From a virus, in IMG/VR virus record IMGVR_UViG_3300037993_001242, positions 1 to 64,000 of that record: 64,000 nt of DNA; one strand, 5' to 3'. The notes beneath the pieces are model-generated. The model was not told the DNA's origin, made no database searches, and saw nothing but the letters and a program-made list of their open reading frames with translations. Of this stretch, positions 56,633-64,000 are shown piece by piece; the stretch's first letter is position 1; every line of letters starts with the position of its first letter. A program made the translations under genes and the position numbers.

Positions 56633-57646
56633 GTGAGAACAAAACACAAGATTCTGTTCATCCTGAAACGGCATCACTATGGGCCGTCCTACGGATTGCT
56701 GAATTCCTGCCAGTTCGTCGCCGAAGCTCTCCGCAGGGAAGGCGTCGAGACCAAAATCATCGAAGTTGTAGACAACAACAGCATTGACCGTGAAGTCACG
56801 CGCTATTTGCCGACGCACGTAATCATCGAAGCTTTGTGGGTTGTTCCCCAAAAATTTCCCGTCTTGCTCCAACTTCATCCCGCCATCCAGTGGGCCGTTC
56901 GCATTCACAGTAACGCACCGTTTCTTTCCGGCGAAGGCATGGCGCTGGAATGGCTGTACGGCTACGGCAAGGTGGCCAAAACTTTCAGTAATTTCCATGT
57001 CGGAGCCAACAGCCGCAAAATGTCCACGGAACTTGATCTGGCGTTGGGTATGGACTCCCTTTATCTGCCAAACATTTACACCGACAGCCTGACCCAGAAA
57101 CGACTGCCTCCGCCATTTGAAAAATCACATCAGGCGCACGTGAACATCGGCTGCTTTGGCGCGATCCGACCGCTCAAAAATCACTTGGAGCAGGCGCTGG
57201 CCGCGATTATTTTTGCCCGTTCAATTGGGCGGCCATTACGATTCCACATCAACGCCACCCGTGTTGAACAAAATTCCGATCCGATTTTGCGCAACTTGAT
57301 CAGCCTGTTCGCCCACGGGCCAAATCATTTGGTACAGCATCCGTGGATGCCGCACGATCAATTCATCGAAGTGCTGCGCCGCATGGATTATGGAATGCAG
57401 GTCAGTTTCTCGGAAACCTTCAACATCGTGGCCGCCGACTTCGTATACAACGAAATCCCGTTCGTTGGATCAAAGGAAATTGAATGGCTGGCATCCCACA
57501 GTATTGCCGATCCAACCAACTGGGAAAGCATTGTTGACCGGCTAAACCAAAGCTACTCGCACCACATCATTCACGAAAACAAACACGCCCTGCATTCTTT
57601 CAGTATTCAATCACTGAAAGAATGGCTGGAATACATCGACGATTAA
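56633..57646 (+). CDS. GT-B glycosyltransferase (GT4-like)
   Basis: GCFGAIRPLKNH, MQVSFSETFNIVAAD; GTAGTTA 4 nt upstream. Confidence 0.82.
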   Translation: MRTKHKILFILKRHHYGPSYGLLNSCQFVAEALRREGVETKIIEVVDNNSIDREVTRYLPTHVIIEALWVVPQKFPVLLQLHPAIQWAVRIHSNAPFLSGEGMALEWLYGYGKVAKTFSNFHVGANSRKMSTELDLALGMDSLYLPNIYTDSLTQKRLPPPFEKSHQAHVNIGCFGAIRPLKNHLEQALAAIIFARSIGRPLRFHINATRVEQNSDPILRNLISLFAHGPNHLVQHPWMPHDQFIEVLRRMDYGMQVSFSETFNIVAADFVYNEIPFVGSKEIEWLASHSIADPTNWESIVDRLNQSYSHHIIHENKHALHSFSIQSLKEWLEYIDD

Positions 57647-57650
57647 AATT

Positions 57651-58445
57651 ATGGCCTTTAGACACAACACCAAATACGGCTGGCGGCGCGACCGCCCGGA
57701 CATCCGCGACTTCAAATTCGAGCGCATGGTCACGCTCAAAACCCTGCGCACCACGGCGCTTCCGGCGCACGTTTATCTGCGCCGTTTTTGCTCACAAATT
57801 ACAGATCAGGGCCAACTTGGGTCTTGCACTGCCAACGCATTGACCAATCTGCTGGAATACAACGAATGTGCCAACGGACGCGGCGGTAAACAGTTCAAGG
57901 ATTTGAGCCGTCTTTTTGTTTATTACAACGAACGGACACTGGAAGGTACTGCTGGTCAGGACGCCGGAGCCGAACTGCGTGATGGCATCAAATCATTGGC
58001 CACCTACGGGGTCTGCCCGGAAACCGAATGGCCTTACGTCGAAAATAAATTTGCCATGCCTCCCACGACACAATGCTACGGCGACGCCATTCCTTACAAA
58101 ATCCACAGCTACTACACCCTGAACACCCTTACTGACATGCGCGTTAGCTTGGCTAACGGCAATCCCTTCGTCTTCGGATTCACTGTATACGAATCGTTTG
58201 AATCTGACGAAGTCGCCAGCACCGGAATCGTCCAGATGCCCAAAGCGGGCGAACAAGTTTTAGGTGGTCATGCGGTCATGGCCATGGGCTACAACGACGC
58301 CCAGCAGCGGTTCCTCGTCAAAAACTCGTGGGGCAAAGACTGGGGTCTCAAAGGCGAATTGGGCGGCTATTTCACCTTGCCCTACGGCTATTTTACCGAC
58401 CCAAACCTGTCGTCCGACTTTTGGACGGTGGTCAAGGACATCTGA
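57651..58445 (+). CDS. papain-like C1 family cysteine peptidase
   Basis: DQGQLGSCTANA, GGHAV, KNSWG catalytic motifs. Confidence 0.95.
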   Translation: MAFRHNTKYGWRRDRPDIRDFKFERMVTLKTLRTTALPAHVYLRRFCSQITDQGQLGSCTANALTNLLEYNECANGRGGKQFKDLSRLFVYYNERTLEGTAGQDAGAELRDGIKSLATYGVCPETEWPYVENKFAMPPTTQCYGDAIPYKIHSYYTLNTLTDMRVSLANGNPFVFGFTVYESFESDEVASTGIVQMPKAGEQVLGGHAVMAMGYNDAQQRFLVKNSWGKDWGLKGELGGYFTLPYGYFTDPNLSSDFWTVVKDI

Positions 58446-58448
58446 AAT

Positions 58449-58533
58449 TGGTGCCGGTGAAGGGACTCGAACCCCCAAGGCTGCGGCGTCCTAAGCGCCG
58501 TGGGTCTGCCAATTCCCCGTTAACCACACCGGC
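58449..58533 (-). tRNA. tRNA-Leu(UAG), atypical fold
   Basis: Loop CUUAGGA; linker UGGUUAAC, variable CAGCCUU. Confidence 0.85.
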
Positions 58534-58539
58534 ATAAAT

Positions 58540-58623
58540 TGGTCGCGCTGAGTGGACTTGAACCACCAAGGATCACCGCCTCTGAAGCGGGCCGGTCTGC
58601 CATTCCCGGTAAACCACAGCGCG
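58540..58623 (-). tRNA. tRNA-Leu(CAG), atypical fold
   Basis: Loop UUCAGAG; linker UGGUUUAC, variable GAUCCUU. Confidence 0.85.
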
Positions 58624-58635
58624 TAATTAAATCAG

Positions 58636-59244
58636 ATGAAACGAAATCCAAAGCCGCTGCCAGATCGTGGCGATCCGGCGCATGATCCGCATCTCCCGCA
58701 CACGACGCGGTATCAAAAACGCGACATTGAGCACCTGATCCCACCAGAAGCCAATGCCGTTATCGAGCAGCAGTGGCCGGAGGTTATTCGTACGTTCCAG
58801 CAATACGATGAAGGCGCTGGAATGCTGATGCTTTTTGGCCTCGTCCGCGACGCGTGCAAAGCAGCAAAGTGGCCTGACACCATGGCCTATCAGATGCGCG
58901 ATTATCTGCTCACCAAGCTCAATGCCGAAAAAGTCAAAACATACACCGGGAGCGATGACCGCCCCGGTGACTGGAAGGTTTTCAACATGAAAGAGTCCGC
59001 CGAACAAATTGTCGACCGTCTGCTGGAATACGGCCTACCCAATACTCCCACAAGCGCCGATCTTAAAATCGAAAATCACGGCAGCATCGTTTTGGTTCGG
59101 CCCTTAACCGACGCCGGTAAAGAAGGGCTGCGAAGAACCGCCCCTGAAGATGCACAATTCATGGGCGACGCCATGGCGGTCGAACCCCGCTACGTCGAAG
59201 GCGTCACTGACGCCGCGCAAGAGGATGGTCTGACCGTTTCGTAG
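58636..59244 (+). CDS. two-part protein with internal tag (ESAEQIVDRLLEYG)
   Basis: GTAATTA 6 nt upstream. Confidence 0.7.
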   Translation: MKRNPKPLPDRGDPAHDPHLPHTTRYQKRDIEHLIPPEANAVIEQQWPEVIRTFQQYDEGAGMLMLFGLVRDACKAAKWPDTMAYQMRDYLLTKLNAEKVKTYTGSDDRPGDWKVFNMKESAEQIVDRLLEYGLPNTPTSADLKIENHGSIVLVRPLTDAGKEGLRRTAPEDAQFMGDAMAVEPRYVEGVTDAAQEDGLTVS

Positions 59245-59255
59245 TTAACATCGGT

Positions 59256-59789
59256 ATGAACATCGACGAACGAGAAGCCAAACTGAGCACCGGCAAACGC
59301 TTTGCCAAACTGGAGCGGCCATCGACCCGCAAAAAAAGCACCCAAGACACAGGTGCAAGCTGGATGCCACACGGCGGCCAAAAAACATCCAGCAAAGAAC
59401 GCCTTCAAAAAAGTGGCGCAAGCTGGCTACCACATCACGAATCTGCCGCCCAGATCGTGGCCCGCCTGCTGGAATATGAAAATGTTGCCAGCACGGGAGG
59501 GCCGGGCAACACCGGTACTGGTTACAACCCGGAAACTCTGCACCAAACCATTCGCTATTTGATGCAGACGCTCGGTATCGACTATCCAGAAGCGCGTGAT
59601 ATTGCCATGCAGCATCACGATCCCAAAGCGGGCGGTACACGTGAACCAATGCAGGCGGCTGAACCTGAAGCGGCGGAACCACCGCCTGAACGACCGTTGA
59701 TGACGCAACGGCCTGAAACTCATTGCGGTCGCTGTGGATCGAGACATCACCACACCGCCAATTGCCACTTGAGCGGCATACCGCTGTAA
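59256..59789 (+). CDS. protein with duplicated GASW(M/L)PH and internal tag (ESAAQIVARLLEYE), C-terminal Zn knuckle
   Basis: CGRCGSRHHHTANC; GTAGTTA 8 nt upstream. Confidence 0.7.
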   Translation: MNIDEREAKLSTGKRFAKLERPSTRKKSTQDTGASWMPHGGQKTSSKERLQKSGASWLPHHESAAQIVARLLEYENVASTGGPGNTGTGYNPETLHQTIRYLMQTLGIDYPEARDIAMQHHDPKAGGTREPMQAAEPEAAEPPPERPLMTQRPETHCGRCGSRHHHTANCHLSGIPL

Positions 59790-59791
59790 AA

Positions 59792-59866
59792 TGGTACGCC
59801 CGACTGGACTTTAACCAGTAACCTGTGGTTCCGAAGACCACTGCTCTATCATTGAGCTACGAGCGC
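59792..59866 (-). tRNA. tRNA-Arg(UCG)
   Basis: Loop CUUCGGA; T loop UUAAAGU. Confidence 0.88.
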
Positions 59867-60088
59867 ATGAAAGCCGAACAAATCGTTAACATCCTTCTGG
59901 AAGCCGGGCCAGATGAAGTCCCGCCCAAGGACTATCTTAAAAAAGTCCCTCCGCCTCCACGTTGTCCGATGTGTGACAGCTTTAACGTCAAGGTCGTGCG
60001 CCGCCCGGAAGACAATTCCATCGATTACGCGGAATGTTTGGACTGCGGCGAAATCGGGCTGTCTTTCTTTAGCGACGAGAATAGTTAA
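59867..60088 (+). CDS. tagged zinc-ribbon protein (MKAEQIVNILLEAGPDEVPPKDYL)
   Basis: CPMC...CLDC. Confidence 0.75.
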   Translation: MKAEQIVNILLEAGPDEVPPKDYLKKVPPPPRCPMCDSFNVKVVRRPEDNSIDYAECLDCGEIGLSFFSDENS

Positions 60089-60092
60089 AGTG

Positions 60093-60362
60093 ATGAATGC
60101 AAAACAGATTGTAACTGTGCTTCTTGAACTGGAGCACCCCATTGCCCGTTGCCCCGTTTGCAGCGGAAACAGTATGCACGAAATCATGGGTCTTGAACAC
60201 GGCTGGCGTTGTAATATCTGCGGACACGAATTCCAGTGGCCACCACCAGAGCATCCTCCTTTGGCTGGAGAAAAAACCAAATCAAAAATCCCACCCAAAG
60301 CCATGATGATGGCCGTCACTGGCGGTTCGGACTTCCCGATTGCAGGCGGCGGTCAGGGCTGA
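60093..60362 (+). CDS. tagged zinc-ribbon protein (MNAKQIVTVLLELE)
   Basis: CPVC...CNIC; ATAGTTA 5 nt upstream. Confidence 0.75.
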   Translation: MNAKQIVTVLLELEHPIARCPVCSGNSMHEIMGLEHGWRCNICGHEFQWPPPEHPPLAGEKTKSKIPPKAMMMAVTGGSDFPIAGGGQG

Positions 60363-60376
60363 CGTAGTTAAGATAT

Positions 60377-60790
60377 ATGGCAGACAGCACAACAACCAAC
60401 GGTGTGGTTCTTCAAACGCCTTACGCGTACCTGAAGAATTTCGTAAGAGTGCGCCCGTTTACGGTATCAGTGATCGGCGTCAATCCGCTGCTCAATCAAA
60501 ACAGCGACAATTTGCGAGTCTTCCCCACCAACTACCAGAGCCAACTATACGGTGTCGCCAATGGCATCATTGTATACGTCGGTGACAAAATTCATTTCGA
60601 CCTTCAAGCCCCTTGCAACGATGCCACGGCCCCTGCCTTTGACCTCATTCAAGTCAACCCATCGACTGGTGTCGAGACGACGCAGGAAACGGCGCGGTTT
60701 ACCGCCAAATGGCAGCGCAGCATGGTCATCACCGTCACGGCCATCAACGCCTCAACGGGAGCCATTACGTACACTGTCGCTTATCGGTAA
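60377..60790 (+). CDS. beta-rich hypothetical, probable virion protein
   Basis: 137 aa; GTAGTTA 6 nt upstream. Confidence 0.65.
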   Translation: MADSTTTNGVVLQTPYAYLKNFVRVRPFTVSVIGVNPLLNQNSDNLRVFPTNYQSQLYGVANGIIVYVGDKIHFDLQAPCNDATAPAFDLIQVNPSTGVETTQETARFTAKWQRSMVITVTAINASTGAITYTVAYR

Positions 60791-60791
60791 A

Positions 60792-60868
60792 TGGTGCGGC
60801 GAGCAGGCTTCGATCCTGCGACTTCCACGATGTCAACGTGGCGATCTACCGGGCTGATCTACCGCCGC
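60792..60868 (-). tRNA. tRNA-Val(GAC)
   Basis: Loop UUGACAU; T loop AUCGAAG. Confidence 0.92.
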
Positions 60869-60872
60869 AAAA

Positions 60873-60948
60873 TGGAGCCAGCAGAGGGCTTCGATCCCCC
60901 GACATTCAGTTTACAGAACTGACGCTCTACCAACTGAGCTATGCTGGC
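60873..60948 (-). tRNA. tRNA-Thr(UGU) with C33
   Basis: Stem UCAGU/ACUGA, loop UCUGUAA. Confidence 0.82.
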
Positions 60949-60954
60949 CTAAAT

Positions 60955-61030
60955 TGGTGCGTTGGGTGGGCAACGATCCCACAATCTTCCGGGTAAGGGC
61001 CGGGTGCTCTGCCAATTGAGCTACCAACGC
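60955..61030 (-). tRNA. tRNA-Lys(CUU) with C33
   Basis: Stem CCCGG/CCGGA, loop CCCUUAC. Confidence 0.78.
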
Positions 61031-61035
61031 AAAAA

Positions 61036-61111
61036 TGGTCGCTGTGGGCGGGTACGATCCGCCGACCTTTTCCTTATGAGGGAACTGCGCTACCAACTGC
61101 GCCACACAGCG
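61036..61111 (-). tRNA. tRNA-Met(CAU), elongator-like
   Basis: Loop CUCAUAA, paired C1-G72. Confidence 0.82.
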
Positions 61112-61118
61112 TGAAAAA

Positions 61119-61685
61119 TCAATTTATAGCGCTAAAAGCTTCGCTTAACTGCTCTCCAAGTTCCGGCGTGATTCTGTTCGCCGGAACAAACGCCTGTACG
61201 GCATAGCGCCCATTAAAAACATGCGGGCCAACCGTTATAGAAAATTCAGCTTGCGGAAACCGAGTTTCCAGCGCGCTCATTCTGTGCCAAAGGTCTCGTT
61301 CAATTTCCTCCGTCGTCACGGGGCCTTCCCACGCGTCGCGGATGGCCTGTTCATCGTCGCTTCCCTCTGGATTAAGAAATTTTTCTTCAAAAAGAACACC
61401 ATACTGCCCGTCCATTATCCGCTGTACGATGAAATTGTTTTCCCAGCCACCAATACACCGCTGTAGACGCTGAATGATATTTTTTACTTTTCGGGATGCA
61501 CCGGGAATTTTCGGCACACCTTCGCCGGATTCCAAATCTTGACCCCAACGATCACTGAGATACTTAAATTCCTCGGCGCGCTTAATCTTGTCCCGCCAAC
61601 CGGGCAGCCGCATCACTTCCGCTTTGGCGGGCAGTTCATCCGGCCCAACCTCAAGCAGTCGATTCACTAACGCCTTTGCATTCAT
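61119..61685 (-). CDS. tagged hypothetical protein (MNAKALVNRLLEVGPDELPAK)
   Basis: Shared tag, 188 aa. Confidence 0.72.
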   Translation of the reverse strand: MNAKALVNRLLEVGPDELPAKAEVMRLPGWRDKIKRAEEFKYLSDRWGQDLESGEGVPKIPGASRKVKNIIQRLQRCIGGWENNFIVQRIMDGQYGVLFEEKFLNPEGSDDEQAIRDAWEGPVTTEEIERDLWHRMSALETRFPQAEFSITVGPHVFNGRYAVQAFVPANRITPELGEQLSEAFSAIN

Positions 61686-61689
61686 AACA

Positions 61690-61765
<76 letters not shown>

Positions 61766-61769
61766 AAAA

Positions 61770-61845
61770 TGGAGCGAACGACGGGAAACGATCCCGCAAC
61801 ATCCGCGTTGGAAGCGCGGTGCTCTGCCAATTGAGCTACGTTCGC
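61770..61845 (-). tRNA. tRNA-Gly(UCC)
   Basis: Loop CUUCCAA, U73. Confidence 0.92.
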
Positions 61846-61857
61846 AAAAATTCAAGA

Positions 61858-62214
61858 TCATGGATGGCCTTCGTTGGCCTTTTTGGCGGCAGCTTCACGC
61901 TGCTGTTGTTCCACCCATTGCTCCCATTCTATAAAACTTGGGATATGACCAATGATTTGATCACCATTTCTCAGCATACCGTGACTAAAATCTTTGGTCA
62001 CCGTTTTATAACCAACGGACGGCGTGGGCTGGCCAGTGAGGCTCATATCCGCCGGATAATAACCTGTAAAGACACCGTCAGTGACTGAACCATCGGGATG
62101 CTGAATTTTGATCGGAATTTCAAGATGCTTAATGCGTCCATATTCCAACAGCAAATCCACGATGTTGCGCGCATTTTCTTGGATGCGGGCGTTTTTTTCA
62201 GCACTGTCACTCAT
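61858..62214 (-). CDS. tagged hypothetical protein (QENARNIVDLLLEYG)
   Basis: Start 62214 with GTAATTA 5 nt upstream. Confidence 0.68.
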   Translation of the reverse strand: MSDSAEKNARIQENARNIVDLLLEYGRIKHLEIPIKIQHPDGSVTDGVFTGYYPADMSLTGQPTPSVGYKTVTKDFSHGMLRNGDQIIGHIPSFIEWEQWVEQQQREAAAKKANEGHP

Positions 62215-62236
62215 TACTTTAATTACCAAAGCAAAT

Positions 62237-62312
62237 TGGAGACCAACCAGAGACTCGAACTCTGCTAAATCGGTTTTGCAGACCGTTCCGTTCACCCGCT
62301 CGGTCGTTGGCC
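62237..62312 (-). tRNA. tRNA-Cys(GCA)
   Basis: Loop CUGCAAA, U73. Confidence 0.88.
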
Positions 62313-62740
62313 GTTATTGGAGAAATTATGTTCTCCAATGTATGAAATTGAAAGTAAAAATCTTAAAATTAAAAACGCAAAGGAATTTGCAACAAAGAGA
62401 TAGCGGAAAAACTCGGATGCAGTCCAACAACCATAACGTATCATTGCAACGAAGCTTATCGTAAACGGCACACTTTTAACAGGCAACGACGACGTTCTGA
62501 AATAAAAACCCAGATTGTAAATCAATTTGGTGGCAAGTGCAAAATTTGTGGTTACGACCGTTGCGTCGATGCCTTGGAGTTTCACCATACCAAAGATAAA
62601 GACTCGGTTATTTTACTAAAAGGAAGCGCGGGTTTATCAAGATTACCATTCAAAATCTTAATGGCTGAACTCAAAAAGTGTATACTTTTGTGCTGTCGCT
62701 GCCATCGTGAAGTCCATGCCGGTGTTGTTTCTATTTAAAT

Positions 62741-62815
62741 TGGGGTGACGTACGAGATTCGGACTCGTGCTTTTTGTTCCACAAACAAAGGTGCTACCAC
62801 TACACCAACGCCACC
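62741..62815 (-). tRNA. tRNA-His(GUG)
   Basis: G-1:C73, loop UUGUGGA. Confidence 0.9.
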
Positions 62816-62825
62816 ATTAAAGAAC

Positions 62826-62901
62826 TGGAGCCTGTGGCCGGTGACGATCCGACAACCTGCGCATTACGAATGCGCCGCTCTGCCAATTGAGCTACACAGG
62901 C
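62826..62901 (-). tRNA. tRNA-Thr(CGU)
   Basis: Loop UUCGUAA. Confidence 0.92.
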
Positions 62902-62905
62902 AAAA

Positions 62906-62982
62906 TGGTAGGGGATGCAGCGTGACGTGCTGCGACCTCCTCGGTGTAGGCGAGGCGCTCTTGGCATCTGAGCTAATCCCCC
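62906..62982 (-). tRNA. tRNA-Val(UAC) with C33 and swapped elbow
   Basis: Loop CCUACAC; D loop GCC, T loop ACGUCAC. Confidence 0.8.
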
Positions 62983-62989
62983 GTTAAAA

Positions 62990-63066
62990 TGGCGTTCCCG
63001 ACTGGACTTTAACCAGTGGCCTCCGCCTTCGCAGAGCGGCGCTCTATACAACTGAGCTACGGGAAC
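62990..63066 (-). tRNA. tRNA-Arg(GCG)
   Basis: Loop CUGCGAA; T loop UUAAAGU. Confidence 0.85.
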
Positions 63067-63069
63067 AAA

Positions 63070-63146
63070 GTGGGCAAAAATCGTCGGAGGACATTGACAG
63101 AAACGCTTAATAGGCATTTGTTGATAACCCTCAGACAGCGGCCCAC
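63070..63146 (-). ncRNA. short Y RNA 3 (77 nt)
   Basis: GUGGGCCG/UGCCCAC stem; GGUUAUCA 9 nt after CCG; 3-4 nt spacers to the flanking tRNAs. Confidence 0.78.
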
Positions 63147-63150
63147 AAAA

Positions 63151-63227
63151 TGGTACTTCCGGCTGGAGTTTAACCAGTAACCTCTTCCTTCGGAGGGAAG
63201 CGCTCTATACAATTGAGCTACGGAAGC
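63151..63227 (-). tRNA. tRNA-Arg(CCG)
   Basis: Loop CUCCGAA; T loop UUAAACU. Confidence 0.88.
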
Positions 63228-63234
63228 GTCAAAA

Positions 63235-63630
63235 TTAAAGTTCAAAATCCTTGGCAAATCGGATGCGCTTTGATTGATTATTTACAGTGGGATCAACGCG
63301 TAAATATGCAATACTGCTGCCGGGAACAGAATCAACAGGAACCAAATAACAGCAACCTGTGTCAGGACAGTAAACTCCAAAAAGTTCAGCTTGACCTTTG
63401 TAATCACGCCGACCTGTTTTCCAACTGAAACCGCTGGCAGTATTAAAAACTATTGAACCGTTCCTAAGCCGACCTGTTTTACACTGTATACGCTTAAAAA
63501 TACCACCTTCATCCAAGAGCAAATCGTAACGGCTACCTTCTCCAAACGGACGCAACACATTCTTCCCAAGCTCTGTTAGCCTAACAGCAATTTTTAGCTC
63601 GGACAAATTTCCTTTTTGGGCCGTATTCAC
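63235..63630 (-). CDS. PD-(D/E)XK homing endonuclease (group I intron-associated type), free-standing
   Basis: KGNLSELKIA...PFGEGSRYDLLLD...RIQCKTG. Confidence 0.88.
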   Translation of the reverse strand: MNTAQKGNLSELKIAVRLTELGKNVLRPFGEGSRYDLLLDEGGIFKRIQCKTGRLRNGSIVFNTASGFSWKTGRRDYKGQAELFGVYCPDTGCCYLVPVDSVPGSSIAYLRVDPTVNNQSKRIRFAKDFEL

Positions 63631-63646
63631 GCAACAAAGAACAAAG

Positions 63647-63725
63647 TGGCAGCCCATACCGGTGTCGATCCGGTTTCTGCTGCTTGAGAAGCAGCCATCC
63701 TAAGCCAAACGTAGACGAATGGGCC
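63647..63725 (-). tRNA. tRNA-Glu(CUC)
   Basis: Loop UUCUCAA, G73-CCA. Confidence 0.9.
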
Positions 63726-63733
63726 AAATTAAA

Positions 63734-63797
63734 TACGGGCAAGGTGTCAGACTGGGATGGTTCATTTCAAGTGATAACCCAATCAATTCGGCCCGTA
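63734..63797 (-). ncRNA. short Y RNA 4 (64 nt)
   Basis: UACGGGCCGA/UUGCCCGUA stem; GGUUAUCA 9 nt after CCG. Confidence 0.8.
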
Positions 63798-63809
63798 AAA
63801 TCATCGGCT

Positions 63810-63922
63810 GGTACCGAATATGACCGGCTGGCCGGTACCAAAGGGCGCACGTTCTTCGCTCGGCTGCGAAGCTTGTCCGGTCGGGCCAACCAGCACCGGC
63901 TGGCCCCATGGCTGGAACGTGC
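63810..63922 (-). ncRNA. unclassified structured RNA E
   Basis: GCACGUUC/GAACGUGC junction with GGGCCAGCC/GGUUGGCCC and UUCGC/GCGAA hairpins; adjacent GGUACCG/CGGUACC stem. Confidence 0.4.
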
Positions 63923-64000
63923 CGCGTAAAAACGGACTGCCAAAGCGTATACCAAGCTGCCGCCACGCATCGACCCAATCCGTGGCCGTGACCGACTGCG

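Noticed and set aside
60873-60948. Reading this tRNA as Tyr(GUA)
   Set aside because: The CUGUAAA register destroys the anticodon stem; UCAGU/ACUGA pairing gives UGU, and the GCC acceptor fits Thr.
62292-62740. AT-rich spacer between His and Cys tRNAs with a 98-aa hydrophobic ORF
   Set aside because: No motif and no convincing start or RNA structure; possibly a gene remnant, not called.

Overview
This is a 64-kb segment of a large T4-like/jumbo myovirus genome. No CRISPR array, rRNA or reverse transcriptase was seen. Bases 1-50,000 hold dispersed virion genes (gp23-type capsid, gp21-type protease fused to a scaffold, gp13/14/15-like neck and tail-terminator proteins, tape measure, baseplate hub). 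They also hold recombination genes (RecA/UvsX, gp32-like SSB, UvsY-like, gp46/SbcC, SF1 helicase), two tandem sigma-like regulators, three glycosyltransferases (a fourth lies in the RNA array) and eight of the window's nine free-standing homing-type endonucleases. Bases ~50,370-64,000 form a minus-strand RNA array: 25 tRNAs, a tmRNA with a 33-aa tag and a Ro60/TROVE gene. Most notable are: (1) four Ro-binding Y RNAs (one YrlA-type permuted tRNA mimic and three 62-77 nt minimal forms) sharing GGGCCG-N9-GGUUAUCA...UUGCCC, plus a mini Ro-site hairpin in the Ro60 leader and several unexplained structured RNAs; (2) five tRNA-Leu genes with no long variable arm but a 5' linker complementary to the variable region (an apparent extra helix); (3) about a dozen small proteins sharing the motif M-x-A-x-Q-(I/L)-V-x-x-L-L-E, mostly behind a GTA(G/A)TTA promoter-like element, which suggests a capsid-targeting and protease-cleavage tag for injected cargo. 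All calls come from reading motifs by eye; no database searches or folding programs were run.
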